64,000 nt of DNA from Candidatus Acidiferrales bacterium (GTDB lineage: Bacteria; Acidobacteriota; Terriglobia; Acidiferrales; UBA7541): contig JBAWEZ010000066.1 of the NCBI GenBank assembly GCA_049591475.1, positions 99,790 through 163,789 on the forward strand, read 5' to 3'. How positions within the stretch are numbered: position 1 is the first letter of the stretch; each line of letters opens with the position of its first letter. Of the stretch, positions 54,459 through 64,000 are shown in pieces. Made by a program: the position numbers and the translations under genes. The notes below the pieces were generated by a model that was not told the origin of the DNA, made no database searches, and was given only the letters and a program-made list of their open reading frames with translations.

Positions 54459-55835
54459 TTGAGAATTTCGGTGATCGGAACGGGGTACGTTGGGCTGGTA
54501 ACCGGCGCTTGCCTGGCGGAAATCGGCCACGAAGTGGTTTGCACGGATAGCGACGTTTCGAAAATCAAGACGCTGGAGTCCGGCGGTTTGCCGATCTACG
54601 AGCCTGGCCTGGACAAAGTCATCGCCAAGGCCCGCAAGGAAAACCGCCTGCGCTTCTGCGCGAACCCTGCCGAGGCCGTTCCCGAAGGCGACGCCATTTT
54701 CATCTGTGTGGGCACACCTCCGCTGCCCAACGGCGATGCCGACTTAAGTGCGATTGACCATGTAGCGCGCCTGATCGCCGCCGAAGCGACTTCTCCCAAG
54801 CTGGTGATCGAAAAAAGCACTGTGCCGGCCCGCACGGGCCACGAACTCAAGCGCGCCTTATCCGTATACACACGCAGACCGGGCGTGACGCTGCGGGTGG
54901 CCTCCAATCCGGAGTTTCTGCGCGAAGGAACGGCCCTGGAAGATTTCCTGCACCCCGATCGAGTGGTGGTGGGCGTGGAAGACGAAACCGCCGAGCGCCA
55001 GCTGCATGATATCTACCGCCCCGTACTGGAGTGCAAGTTTAAATGCCCCGTGCATGCGGGTGCCTGCCCTGATGGGCCCGCGCCGCACTGGCTGGTCACC
55101 ACCATCAGCAGCGCGGAGCTAATCAAACACGCCTCGAATTCGTTTCTGGCATTGAAGGTTTCCTACGCGAATATGGTGTCCGATCTTGCCGAAAAGCTGG
55201 GCGCGGATATCGGCGAAGTGACTCGCGCGATGGGCATGGACCCGCGCATCGGTCCCAGCTTTCTGAGCGCTGGCTTGGGATTCGGAGGATTCTGCCTGCC
55301 GAAGGATTTGCAGGCATTCATGCGATTGGCGGAACGTTGCGGCGTGGATTTTTCGATGCTGAAAGCCGCCGAGAAGATCAACAAGCACCGCATCGACCGG
55401 TTCTTCGAGAAAGTTCGCGAAGCACTTTGGGTGGTGCGCGATAAGCCCGTGGGCGTGCTCGGGCTAGCGTTCAAGCCAAACACGGACGATGTGCGTTTCG
55501 CTCCGGCGATCGATCTGATCCACCGCCTGATCGAGGAAGGCGCACGCGTCCGGGCATACGATCCGCAGGCCATGGAGAAGGCTCGCGCGATCCTGCCGGA
55601 GATCGAATATGTCGAGTCGGCGTACGATGTCGCCAAAGGAAGTGAAGCGCTGGTGATCGCCACGGAGTGGCCGGAGTTTCGTTCTCTCGATTGGGAAAAA
55701 ATCCGAGCGCTGATGGCCCGTCCGCTGGTGCTAGATGGACGCAACTTGCTTTCGCCCACCACTATGCGCGACTACGGATTCGAGTACCGCTCGTTCGGCC
55801 GTCAGGATGCCTTGGCTGCGGTACAGCCAGCCTGA
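54459..55835 (+). CDS. ugd: UDP-glucose 6-dehydrogenase
   Basis: TTG start after GGTGAGGAG. RISVIGTGYVGLVTGACLA (Rossmann), GFGGFCLPKD (catalytic Cys), 458 aa. Confidence 0.9.
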   Translation: MRISVIGTGYVGLVTGACLAEIGHEVVCTDSDVSKIKTLESGGLPIYEPGLDKVIAKARKENRLRFCANPAEAVPEGDAIFICVGTPPLPNGDADLSAIDHVARLIAAEATSPKLVIEKSTVPARTGHELKRALSVYTRRPGVTLRVASNPEFLREGTALEDFLHPDRVVVGVEDETAERQLHDIYRPVLECKFKCPVHAGACPDGPAPHWLVTTISSAELIKHASNSFLALKVSYANMVSDLAEKLGADIGEVTRAMGMDPRIGPSFLSAGLGFGGFCLPKDLQAFMRLAERCGVDFSMLKAAEKINKHRIDRFFEKVREALWVVRDKPVGVLGLAFKPNTDDVRFAPAIDLIHRLIEEGARVRAYDPQAMEKARAILPEIEYVESAYDVAKGSEALVIATEWPEFRSLDWEKIRALMARPLVLDGRNLLSPTTMRDYGFEYRSFGRQDALAAVQPA

Positions 55836-55850
55836 ACGACGGCTCCCCAA

Positions 55851-56801
55851 CTAAGCTTGCGTGCTCGCGGCAGCGGCCTGCTGGCGGAAAAAATCGTAGG
55901 TCCGCTCCAAACCTTCTTCCAGATTTACTTTTGGCTCCCAGTGCAGGACGCGCTTCGCTTTGCTGATGTCCGGGCAGCGCTGCTTCGGATCGTCTTGTGG
56001 CAGCGGACGAAACACAATCGGCGCGTCTGCCCCTACCAGTTTGCGCACGCGCTCGGCGAATTCCAAAATCGTTATTTCATGCGAATTGCCGATATTCACC
56101 GGCTCGTGCTCCTCTGATTCCAATAGCCGGTAAATTCCCTCAATTAAATCCGAGACGTAGCAAAAGCTGCGCGTCTGCTTGCCGTCGCCATACACGGTGA
56201 TTGGTTCGCCCGCCAGCGCCTGATAGAGAAAATTCGGCAGCGCGCGGCCGTCATTCAGTCGCATCCGCGGACCGTAGGTATTAAAAATCCGCACGATGCG
56301 CGTATCGATTCCGTGATAGCGGTGATACGCCATGGTCAGCGCTTCTGCGAATCGCTTGGCTTCGTCGTACACGCCACGCGGCCCAATGGGATTCACGTGG
56401 CCCCAGTAGGATTCCGGCTGAGGGCTCACGTCCGGATCGCCGTAGCATTCAGATGTCGACGCCTGCAGAAATTTGGCCTTCTTCGCTTTTGCAAGGCCCA
56501 GCGAATTGTGCGTGCCCAGCGAACCGACCTTCAGAGTCTGAATGGGCAGCTTCAAATAATCGGGCGGGCTGGCGGGCGAAGCGAAGTGCAGCACGGCGTC
56601 CACGGGACCCGCTACATCGATATATTGCGAGACGTCCTTGAATGCGAACGTGAATTTCGGACTGGAACGGAGGTGCGCGACGTTCGCTTCCGCTCCAGTA
56701 GCCAAATTATCGAGGCACAGCACGTCCCAGCCTTTGTCCAGCATGTATTCGCACAAGTGCGAACCCAGAAAACCCGCACCGCCAGTGATTACTGCGCGCA
56801 A
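55851..56801 (-). CDS. uxs: UDP-glucuronate decarboxylase (UDP-xylose synthase)
   Basis: TTG start after [50 protein letters not shown] and [13 protein letters not shown] match UXS-type short-chain dehydrogenases. Confidence 0.85.
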   Translation of the reverse strand: MRAVITGGAGFLGSHLCEYMLDKGWDVLCLDNLATGAEANVAHLRSSPKFTFAFKDVSQYIDVAGPVDAVLHFASPASPPDYLKLPIQTLKVGSLGTHNSLGLAKAKKAKFLQASTSECYGDPDVSPQPESYWGHVNPIGPRGVYDEAKRFAEALTMAYHRYHGIDTRIVRIFNTYGPRMRLNDGRALPNFLYQALAGEPITVYGDGKQTRSFCYVSDLIEGIYRLLESEEHEPVNIGNSHEITILEFAERVRKLVGADAPIVFRPLPQDDPKQRCPDISKAKRVLHWEPKVNLEEGLERTYDFFRQQAAAASTQA

Positions 56802-56909
56802 TTTGTCTTCTCCTGTACCGCAAATCGCCCGCCGTGCGGCAACTCATTATGACCGAAATTAGCGCCAGAGGATAATTTAGCGAAGTAGGTTCCGGCAAAA
56901 AATCTTTAC

Positions 56910-57386
56910 TTGCCTTCGCGCAAGTCTGACGCCAAAATTGCAGCCAACCGCGAGGCACAATTGCCGCAAGCAGCTCCGACAATCGACGGGACCTTGCGTC
57001 TGCTGCGCGTCATTTACGCTGCTCTCGTCACTGCCATCGTTTTCTACGCCTGGATTCCGCGCGGCATGCTCCATGTTGCCGTACAACCAATCGATCGCGC
57101 GCTGTACGTTGGGATCGCAGCGGTTGCTATCGTGTCGGCGGCCATGGCCGTTGTGATGCGCAACCGCATTTTGCCACCGGCGTTAGCAACTCTGCAAAAG
57201 GATCCGAGGGACGCGGCGTCACACAGGCGTTGGAGGGCGGGTATTCTCGTCAGTTATTCGCTGGCTCTCACGGTGGTCTTGTATGGCCTCGTATTGAGCA
57301 TGATGGGCGCCACCTTCGCCCAGGCCGCGCCATTTTATGCCGCAGGCTTGGCGCTGATGCTTTTTTGGTGGCCTCGTCGCCCATAG
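56910..57386 (+). CDS. hypothetical membrane protein (about 4 helices)
   Basis: 158-aa ORF with a TTG start of uncertain position. Hydrophobic helices LLRVIYAALVTAIVFYAWI, LYVGIAAVAIVSAAMAVV, ILVSYSLALTVVLYGLVL and FYAAGLALMLFWW. Confidence 0.5.
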   Translation: MPSRKSDAKIAANREAQLPQAAPTIDGTLRLLRVIYAALVTAIVFYAWIPRGMLHVAVQPIDRALYVGIAAVAIVSAAMAVVMRNRILPPALATLQKDPRDAASHRRWRAGILVSYSLALTVVLYGLVLSMMGATFAQAAPFYAAGLALMLFWWPRRP

Positions 57387-57431
57387 CCCGTAGAATGCTT
57401 TCCGAGTGGTCGTTCCCGATCCGGGGGTTCC

Positions 57432-57962
57432 ATGCCGCGCAAAGTTTCCAGCAAACACTCGCCGCAAAAGAAATCTGCTCGGAGCGGAGACCGTAATTCG
57501 ATTTCTCTGCGCCACGCGCTTGCCACGCTCGCTTACCGCGCAGCCAAGCCTCTACGCGATGCGCCGTCCGACTTCAGCAGCTTTCGCGCGGCGCAAGGTT
57601 CGCGCTCGGCCGGCGAAGTCCTGGCTCATCTTGGTGACTTAATGGATTGGGCGCTTTCGCTCGCGCGCGGGAAAGAAAAGTGGCGCAACTCGAAACCGCA
57701 AGCTTGGAGCGACGACGTGGCCCGATTTTTCGGCGCGCTCACTGCCGTGGACCAGCATCTCGCGTCCGGCGCGGCCCTGGGTGCGCCAGCCGAAAAGCTC
57801 TTCCAAGGCGCGATCGCCGATTCCTTCACCCACGTCGGACAACTTTCCTTGCTGCGCCGCTTGGCCGGAGCACCCGTTCGCGGAGAAAATTACTCAGTCG
57901 CGATCATAGAAATCGGCCGCACCAGCGTCGATCAAAATCCAGCGGCGTTTGAATTCGGTTAG
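57432..57962 (+). CDS. DinB-like (DinB_2 fold) hypothetical protein
   Basis: 176-aa ORF. Helical-bundle-like sequence with a His-containing segment GEVLAHLGDLMDW...FTHVGQLSLLRR, typical of the DinB superfamily. Weak call. Confidence 0.5.
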   Translation: MPRKVSSKHSPQKKSARSGDRNSISLRHALATLAYRAAKPLRDAPSDFSSFRAAQGSRSAGEVLAHLGDLMDWALSLARGKEKWRNSKPQAWSDDVARFFGALTAVDQHLASGAALGAPAEKLFQGAIADSFTHVGQLSLLRRLAGAPVRGENYSVAIIEIGRTSVDQNPAAFEFG

Positions 57963-57998
57963 GCTCCGAAGCGCGCTGCCCTGCGCTAAACTGTCCTC

Positions 57999-58559
57999 AT
58001 GAATTCCGCATACTGCGCCTTCGATACCGCGATCGGTCGCTGCGCGGTTGCGTGGCGTGAGTCAGCTGAATCGAGCCAACCGGCGGTGCTCTGGTTTCAG
58101 CTTCCGGAAGCCACACCCGTGCTGACGGAATCTCGCATAGCGGAAAAATCCGGCGCTTGCAAATCGAACCCGCCACAGCAGATTTCCGCGCTGATCGATA
58201 GAATTCGCAAACATCTCGCCGGCAACTTGCAGGATTTCCGTGATGTCCCAGTCGATCTGAGCGCCGCTGCGCCATTTGCGCGGCGCGTACTCGAAGCAGC
58301 GCGCGAAATTCCGCATGGCCGGACGGCAACCTACGGCGAACTGGCGCGCTCTGCTGGACGCCCGGACGCTGCTCGCGCCGTCGGCCAAATCATGGGCAGC
58401 AATCCGGTCCCGCTGATCATTCCGTGCCACCGCGTGGTCGCGGTCGGAGGTAAATCGGGAGGTTTTTCCGCGCACGGCGGTCGATTGAGGAAGGCCGAAT
58501 TGCTCGCAATTGAGCGAGCGGGTTCGCCGTTGCTATTTGGCGGGATGGCTAGACCGTAG
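57999..58559 (+). CDS. ogt: methylated-DNA--protein-cysteine methyltransferase
   Basis: GRTATYGELARSAGRPDAARAVGQIMGSNPVPLIIPCHRVV (PCHR active site). Confidence 0.88.
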   Translation: MNSAYCAFDTAIGRCAVAWRESAESSQPAVLWFQLPEATPVLTESRIAEKSGACKSNPPQQISALIDRIRKHLAGNLQDFRDVPVDLSAAAPFARRVLEAAREIPHGRTATYGELARSAGRPDAARAVGQIMGSNPVPLIIPCHRVVAVGGKSGGFSAHGGRLRKAELLAIERAGSPLLFGGMARP

Positions 58560-58602
58560 CAGTCCAAAAGTGAGGCAACTCAGAGGCGTAACGTGCTGCG
58601 GT

Positions 58603-59601
58603 TCAATAGGCCCAGCGCATCAGCACCGCGCCGGTGGTATATCCCGCGCCTACGGCGATCAGCAGCACCAGATCGCCTTTCCTCAACCGTCCTTGTTCAA
58701 CTGCATCCCGCAGTCCCAGCGGAATCGTGGCCGCCGTGGTGTTGCCGTAGCGATCGATATTTACCATTACCTTCGAATCGTCCACTCCGAGCCGCTCTTG
58801 CATCGCGCGAATAATGCGGAGATTCGCCTGGTGCGGCACCACCAACGCCAGATCGCGGCTTGAAAGACCGTTGCGCTGTAGCATTTCGCACGCCAGCTCG
58901 CTCATGCGCCGCACCGCGTACTTGAATACCTGTTGCCCTTCCTGGTGAACGTAGTGCATGCGCTTCTCGACGGTTTCCTGCGACGCCGGATGAAGCGATC
59001 CACCGCCAGGCATGTACAGGTTGCAGCCTCCCGAGCCATCTACCTCGTTCACAAAATCGATGATTCCCTCGGCATCGGATGTTGCAGGTTCGACCAGCAC
59101 GGCGCCCGCGCCATCTCCGAACAGTACGCAGGTGGCGCGATCCTTGAAATCGAGGATCGACGTCATCACATCGCTGCCGATAGCGAGCGCCTTCTTGTGC
59201 GTGCCGACGCCGACGAACTGCGCCGCCACCGTAAACGCGTACAAAAATCCCGAGCAGGCCCCGGAAAGATCGAAACCCCACGCGTTAGTTGCTCCCAGAC
59301 GATCCTGAATCAGGCAGGCAGTGGCCGGGAAAAACATGTCCGGGGTCACGGTGGCCACTACGATCATTTCAATTTCGGCGGGATCGACGCCCTTCGCTGC
59401 CAACAATTTTCTTGCCGCTTCCGTGCCCATGTGCGACGAAGCCACTCCGGGCGCGGCGAAGTGCCGTTCGCGGATGCCGGTGCGCGTGCGGATCCACTCG
59501 TCGTTGGTATCCACAATTTTTTCCATGTCCGCGTTAGTGACAACGCGCGGCGGCAGATACCCGGCCACACCGGTAATCTTTGCGGCGATCCGCTGGCTCA
59601 T
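58603..59601 (-). CDS. fabH: beta-ketoacyl-ACP synthase III
   Basis: 332 aa. [18 protein letters not shown] (Cys), VPHQANLRI (His), GNTTAATIP (Asn). Confidence 0.92.
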   Translation of the reverse strand: MSQRIAAKITGVAGYLPPRVVTNADMEKIVDTNDEWIRTRTGIRERHFAAPGVASSHMGTEAARKLLAAKGVDPAEIEMIVVATVTPDMFFPATACLIQDRLGATNAWGFDLSGACSGFLYAFTVAAQFVGVGTHKKALAIGSDVMTSILDFKDRATCVLFGDGAGAVLVEPATSDAEGIIDFVNEVDGSGGCNLYMPGGGSLHPASQETVEKRMHYVHQEGQQVFKYAVRRMSELACEMLQRNGLSSRDLALVVPHQANLRIIRAMQERLGVDDSKVMVNIDRYGNTTAATIPLGLRDAVEQGRLRKGDLVLLIAVGAGYTTGAVLMRWAY

Positions 59602-59761
59602 TCAGCTCTCCGTCTGTCGCATGAACAATCGAACGATTCTATGCAATCCGCAGTAGGGGTTACAAGCAGAACAGGCGCAATTCGCGATGTCGTTGCGTTA
59701 ACGCACAAAAACGGCGTTCGCGGTTTTTGTCTAGAGCTTTCATCTAAGGCATCATGGGGTC

Positions 59762-61018
59762 ATGGTGCAATCGGAACGAACTTCGTGGATCGTCGAACGC
59801 GCGCGCGGCGCGGGTTTCGATCTCTGCGGAGTAGCGCCGCTCGATGCGCGCGATTTCTCCGGGCCAAATGTTGGCGAAATTCCAGGTTTGGATCGATTCG
59901 GCGAACTTCGCAACTTGCCGGAATGGCTGGCGCGCGGCTATGCGGGCGAGATGAAATATCTCCACGATGCGCGCCGCTCCAATCCTTGTAGCGTGCTGTC
60001 AGGTGCGCGCAGCGTGATCGTCACCGCCATGAATTATCACTCCGCGCAATCGCTCTCGACCGAGATGCCCGCCGATTCACCGAACGGCGCTCTGCGCGGA
60101 TGGATTTCGCGCTACGCCTGGGGCGACGACTACCACGAAACCATTTTGCCAAAATTAAATGCGTTGATCGCGGAAATGCGCGCCGAATTCGCGGAATCGT
60201 TCGACGCCCGCGCGTACGTCGATACCGGGCCAATCGTCGAACGTATTGCCGCTAAATACGCTGGACTCGGATGGCTGGCGAAAAATACTTGCCTGATAAA
60301 TCGAAAGCTCGGCTCATGGCTCTTTCTCGGCGTGATCGTCACCACGCTTGATCTCGAACCGAGTCTCGCGCCAGATGAAGCGCCGCCTCCCGATCTCTGC
60401 GGAAGTTGCACCCGATGCCTGGACGCTTGCCCCACGCAGGCTTTCCCGGAACCGTACGTACTCGACGCGCGCCGCTGCATTTCCTACCTCACCATCGAGT
60501 TGCGCAGCGCGATCCCCGAAGACCTTCGCGCCTCAATGGGCAACGCCGCGATCGGCTGCGATATCTGCCAGGACGTTTGCCCTTGGAATCGCAAAGCTCC
60601 CGTCACCGCACTCGCCGCGTTTCAACCGCGCTCAATTCCGCAGCAGTTGCCATCCGCTTCCGGCGAATCGGCACTGGGCGCCGCGAATCGGATGGAAACT
60701 GCGTCCCCGCGCGAGGCTTCCCAATCGCTGTGGGCGCCCGATCTTGAATTGCTCGCTTCTCTCTCGCAGCAGGAATTCAGCCAAATATTTCAACGCAGTG
60801 CCGTCAAACGAGCCAAATGGCGCGGCTTGGTGCGCAATGCCTGCGTCGCCCTCGGAAATTCCAGAATTTCGTCAGGCGCGCCTGAATTTTCGCGCATCGC
60901 GAATCTGCTGGAGCGCCTGGCCGGGAGCGATGATCCGCTAATTTCCGAGCATGCTCGCTGGGCTCTCGACCGCCTTTCGCCCACGTTGAACGTCACCCGC
61001 AAAACGCATCGGCGGTAA
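59762..61018 (+). CDS. queG: tRNA epoxyqueuosine(34) reductase
   Basis: ISRYAWGDDYH. Two ferredoxin-type clusters, CGSCTRCLDACPTQAF and CDICQDVCPWN. C-terminal HEAT-like region. Confidence 0.88.
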   Translation: MVQSERTSWIVERARGAGFDLCGVAPLDARDFSGPNVGEIPGLDRFGELRNLPEWLARGYAGEMKYLHDARRSNPCSVLSGARSVIVTAMNYHSAQSLSTEMPADSPNGALRGWISRYAWGDDYHETILPKLNALIAEMRAEFAESFDARAYVDTGPIVERIAAKYAGLGWLAKNTCLINRKLGSWLFLGVIVTTLDLEPSLAPDEAPPPDLCGSCTRCLDACPTQAFPEPYVLDARRCISYLTIELRSAIPEDLRASMGNAAIGCDICQDVCPWNRKAPVTALAAFQPRSIPQQLPSASGESALGAANRMETASPREASQSLWAPDLELLASLSQQEFSQIFQRSAVKRAKWRGLVRNACVALGNSRISSGAPEFSRIANLLERLAGSDDPLISEHARWALDRLSPTLNVTRKTHRR

Positions 61019-61205
61019 CCAATCGAAGCCCTTCCTTAGGCCTAGTCGCTCTTCCTGCAATGCCGCTTCCCCACGTTCAAGTGACGAAATCTTAAAAACA
61101 TCATGGACAGCCAATCGCGGTTTTTGCGATACTTTTGCGGATGAACAGCGGCCATTTTTCTTTGTACATGCGCTGCATCCCAACTCAAGTCAGGATTGGA
61201 ACTCG

Positions 61206-61709
61206 ATGAAGGCTACGCATCGGCTTGCTTTTTGTCTGCTCGCAGTTCTCGCCACTGGTTTTGGCGCCACGCGCCTCTCGTCTCGTGAAAAGGCCGCGCC
61301 TGCGCCACGGAAGGCGCAAAAGTCCGCTCAGAAGGCCGCTGCCACCCCGGCGGTCAATCAGAGCCAGATCGACCGCGGAAAATATCTGGTCGAAAATGTC
61401 GGCATGTGCGAGGAATGCCACACGCCGCGTCTCGTTAGCGGCGACATTGACGAGTCGCGCCGCCTGCAAGGCGCGGCCATCTGGATCATGCCTGTTCACA
61501 CGATGACCAATTGGGCCATGCGCGCTCCCGCGCTTGCCGGCCTGCCCGGCTTCACCGACGCTGAAGCGGAAACCGTTCTCGAACAGGGCATCGGTCCAAA
61601 CGGCATCCCGATTCAACCTCCCATGCACATCTATCACATGGCTCCCGCGGACGCGCAGGCGATCGTTGCCTATCTCCGCTCCATGCCAGATACATACCCG
61701 CGCAATTAG
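61206..61709 (+). CDS. secreted monohaem c-type cytochrome
   Basis: Signal peptide MKATHRLAFCLLAVLATGFGA. A single CXXCH (GMCEECHTP). Distal Met candidates in ...PPMHIYHMAP. Confidence 0.8.
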   Translation: MKATHRLAFCLLAVLATGFGATRLSSREKAAPAPRKAQKSAQKAAATPAVNQSQIDRGKYLVENVGMCEECHTPRLVSGDIDESRRLQGAAIWIMPVHTMTNWAMRAPALAGLPGFTDAEAETVLEQGIGPNGIPIQPPMHIYHMAPADAQAIVAYLRSMPDTYPRN

Positions 61710-61782
61710 TCCCAGCGGATTTACAATCCAATGCTTCGCTTGGCGCGCGGCCCGCGTCCTGATCGACGTATAATCGCGTGCA

Positions 61783-63420
61783 GTGGAAGAGCGCGTGAAG
61801 GCGGCGGTTTCGTGGTTGCTCGGCCCGGAAACTCCGCCGGGCGAGCGAACCGGCCGAGGGCATTTGTGGGCGCGTTGGATATTCTTGCGGGCGCTCGCGT
61901 TGATCTATCTCTCCGCGTTTTATTCCTTTTTCTTTCAGATTAAAGGTCTGATTGGCCCCGCCGGCATTCTTCCCGCGGACGATTATCTACAAGCCGTAGC
62001 CGCGCAACTCCATTCGGTACGGTATTGGTACGCGCCCACGCTACTGTGGCTAGGCTCCAGCGACCGAGCCCTGATGATCGTTTGCTGGGCCGGAATCGTT
62101 GCATCGCTTCTTGTCTTTTTCAACGTGTGGCCGCGCCTATCGCTGGCGATTTGCTTCGTCTGCTTTCTTTCGTTCATTACCGCCGCGCAGGATTTTGCCA
62201 GCTATCAATCAGACGGCATGTTGCTCGCCTCCGGCTTTCTGTCTCTTTTTCTCGCGCCTCCTGAAATCAGGCCCGGCCTCGGACGTGCCAATCCGCCTTC
62301 GCGCGTCAATCAGTTCTTGCTGCTGTGGATTTGGTTTCGCATCTACTTCGAATCTGGCGTAGTGAAAATTCTCAGCGGCGATCGGTCCTGGCGCAATTTC
62401 ACCGCAATGGACGATTACTACCAGAATTCGCCGCTGCCCACCTGGATCGGATGGTACGTCCAGCATTTGCCGCATTGGTTCCACGCCGGAACGGTGGGAC
62501 TCACTTTCGCCGTCGAACTGGTGCTCTGCTGGGCGCTCTTCTTGCCGCGGCGTTTTCGTATCGCCTGCTTCTGCATCGCTACGCCGTTTCAAATCGGCAT
62601 CATCCTCACCGGCAACTACGCGTTTCTCAACTACATCGTCTTATCACTGGGACTCCTGCTGCTCGATGATAAGTTCATCGAGTGGGTGATCCCGCAGCGA
62701 GTTCGCCAACTGATCGACCGCCCACGCGCGGCAGAAACGGTCCGTCACAACGAGCCTGCAAACGTTCTACCGCAAGCATCTGCCTCTATCTCTATGAAAC
62801 CCTTCGGTCTGCTCGGCATGGCCGTCGCGGGCTTCTGCTTCCTTTGGATCTTCTACGCCACCAGCGCGAAGCTGATCTGGATGTTCGTGCCACGCGCGCC
62901 GTTGCCGACGCAGCCCGTGCAGTTCCTCGAACCATTCCGCATCGCCAACGAATACGGCCTGTTTGCCGTCATGACCCACGCCCGCTACGAAATCGAATTT
63001 CAGGGCTCGCGGGACGGCCAAACCTGGACGGCCTATCCATTCCGCTACAAACCGCAGAACCCCGCCCAAGCACCCGGCATCTACGCCCCGTATCAGCCTC
63101 GCTTCGAATGGAACTTGTGGTTCGCTTCGCTCGGCTCGTGGCCGCAATATCGTTTTGTCGTCTGGACGGAAGAGCGCCTGCTATCGAACGACCCCGACGT
63201 GCTTCAGCTCTTCGCCAAAAATCCCTTCGGCGCCAATCCCCCCACGGAAGTGCGCGCCGTGATTTATCAATACTGGTTCACCAGCATGAAAACCAAGCGC
63301 CAGACGGGAATGTGGTGGAAGCGCAAACTTCTGGGCGTTTACGCGCCGCCGCTCGAACGGCAGCCCGATGGCAAAGTTGTGCTGATGAATGTACAGACGG
63401 TTGCACCTGCGTCGCCCTGA
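61783..63420 (+). CDS. lipase maturation factor (LMF1/DUF1222) family membrane protein
   Basis: 545-aa ORF with a GTG start. N-terminal multipass region (WIFLRALALIYLSAFYSFFFQIKGLIGPAGILPA) and a C-terminal soluble region (EYGLFAVMTHARYEIEFQGS.DGQTW..Y.FRYKP...P....PYQPRFEWNLWF). The family was recognised from memory. Confidence 0.75.
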   Translation: MEERVKAAVSWLLGPETPPGERTGRGHLWARWIFLRALALIYLSAFYSFFFQIKGLIGPAGILPADDYLQAVAAQLHSVRYWYAPTLLWLGSSDRALMIVCWAGIVASLLVFFNVWPRLSLAICFVCFLSFITAAQDFASYQSDGMLLASGFLSLFLAPPEIRPGLGRANPPSRVNQFLLLWIWFRIYFESGVVKILSGDRSWRNFTAMDDYYQNSPLPTWIGWYVQHLPHWFHAGTVGLTFAVELVLCWALFLPRRFRIACFCIATPFQIGIILTGNYAFLNYIVLSLGLLLLDDKFIEWVIPQRVRQLIDRPRAAETVRHNEPANVLPQASASISMKPFGLLGMAVAGFCFLWIFYATSAKLIWMFVPRAPLPTQPVQFLEPFRIANEYGLFAVMTHARYEIEFQGSRDGQTWTAYPFRYKPQNPAQAPGIYAPYQPRFEWNLWFASLGSWPQYRFVVWTEERLLSNDPDVLQLFAKNPFGANPPTEVRAVIYQYWFTSMKTKRQTGMWWKRKLLGVYAPPLERQPDGKVVLMNVQTVAPASP

Positions 63421-63554
63421 TCGCGTTGTGCCGATATTCGAAAGCAGCTTTTGCCACGCGCCACCAATTCCGATAGCCTGTGTGCGATGCCTGCGCTGGC
63501 TTTGGCAGTCGGGGCCGCGCATCACGCTCCCGGTCAAGCACACAAAACTCGCCC

Positions 63555-64000
63555 ATGAAACGCAAATACGGCAGCTATGAACAACCGCAGCGCGAAGAGG
63601 AGGTCACTCGCGAAGAAGTCGTGGCGCATCTCGCCGAACTCCCCCAACCCGCCAGCATTCGCCAGATCGCTCACGGCATGGGGCTGCGTCATGGCGGACG
63701 CCGCTATCTCCCGCGCGTCATCGACAAACTGCTGCGCGCCGGCGAAATCGACGAAATTCACGGCGGCCGCTATCGCCTCACCGGACGCAAGCAACGGCCC
63801 GCGCACTCCGCGCAACAGCAGCGGGCGGCTCGGCCACCGACAAGCACCACGGAGCCTCACTCCTCATCCCGTCCGGCGGCCCCGGAAAGCGCCGCGCAAG
63901 AAAATCTCGCGCCGCAAAATGCCGCGCGCAGTTCATCCGCTCCGGTTCGCAGTCGCGATCCTAGTCTCGTATCCGGCCGCATTGTGGCGCATCGCGACGG
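63555..64000 (+). CDS. rnr: ribonuclease R, N-terminal part (continues beyond the window)
   Basis: Not in the ORF track (open to the window end). MKRKYGSYEQPQREEEVTREEVVAHLAELPQPASIRQIAHGMGL...RVIDKLLRAGEIDEIHGGRYRL (RNase R winged-helix), then a low-complexity linker, then ...VSGRIVAHRDG (start of the cold-shock/OB region, usually HRDGFGF). Confidence 0.7.
   Translation, partial: MKRKYGSYEQPQREEEVTREEVVAHLAELPQPASIRQIAHGMGLRHGGRRYLPRVIDKLLRAGEIDEIHGGRYRLTGRKQRPAHSAQQQRAARPPTSTTEPHSSSRPAAPESAAQENLAPQNAARSSSAPVRSRDPSLVSGRIVAHRD

Noticed and set aside
1-64000. Search by eye for CRISPR repeats, tRNA/rRNA genes, transposases, integrases, phage or known defence-system genes, and long direct or inverted repeats
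   Set aside because: Nothing found. Every intergenic region longer than 150 nt was read, and none shows tRNA T-loop/acceptor features or periodic repeats. Without computation, short or diverged repeats could have been missed.

Overview
This is a GC-rich, gene-dense chromosomal segment with about 44 protein-coding genes. I saw no rRNA, tRNA, CRISPR array, transposase or integrase. The gene content suggests an Acidobacteriota-like soil bacterium (inference only): a CarboxypepD_reg-type TonB-dependent receptor, three CRTAC1/ASPIC-UnbV paralogues, many secreted TPR proteins, a class I xylose isomerase and a Hanks kinase/PP2C/FHA triad.

Layout:
(i) 1-27.5 kb is a plant-hemicellulose (arabinoxylan/arabinan/arabinogalactan) utilisation island. 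It holds xylB-xylA, GH3, a GH35-like enzyme, GH51, a TonB-dependent receptor plus secreted TPR protein, a LacI repressor, araD / FucI-family isomerase / araB, galM, and an SSS symporter.
(ii) 27.8-35.9 kb is a tight three-gene operon of unknown function. A membrane-anchored pentahaem c-type cytochrome-TPR fusion is followed by two secreted FG-GAP/VCBS + UnbV/ASPIC (CRTAC1) proteins.
(iii) 36.1-40.9 kb holds an amidase plus an incomplete nonulosonic-acid-type sugar-nucleotide module (4,6-dehydratase, hydrolysing 2-epimerase, aminotransferase).
(iv) 41.0-48.1 kb is a second glycosidase block: GH127, an N-terminally truncated GH51-like remnant, a CE1-type esterase, and a GH3 with a PA14 insert.
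(v) 48.2-64 kb is mostly housekeeping: small conserved hypotheticals, dienelactone hydrolase, an FHA/PP2C/Ser-Thr kinase-SPOR operon, ugd and uxs, ogt, fabH, queG, a monohaem cytochrome c, a lipase-maturation-factor homologue, and the 5' part of rnr.

The two observations most worth a second look:
- The cytochrome-CRTAC1 operon.
- A three-copy operator-like palindrome (consensus yCGTGTACGwTAACGr). It sits upstream of the GH3 gene, of the TonB receptor (overlapping its predicted -10) and of the LacI gene itself.

All family calls come from motifs read by eye and from memory of the families. No database search was possible.
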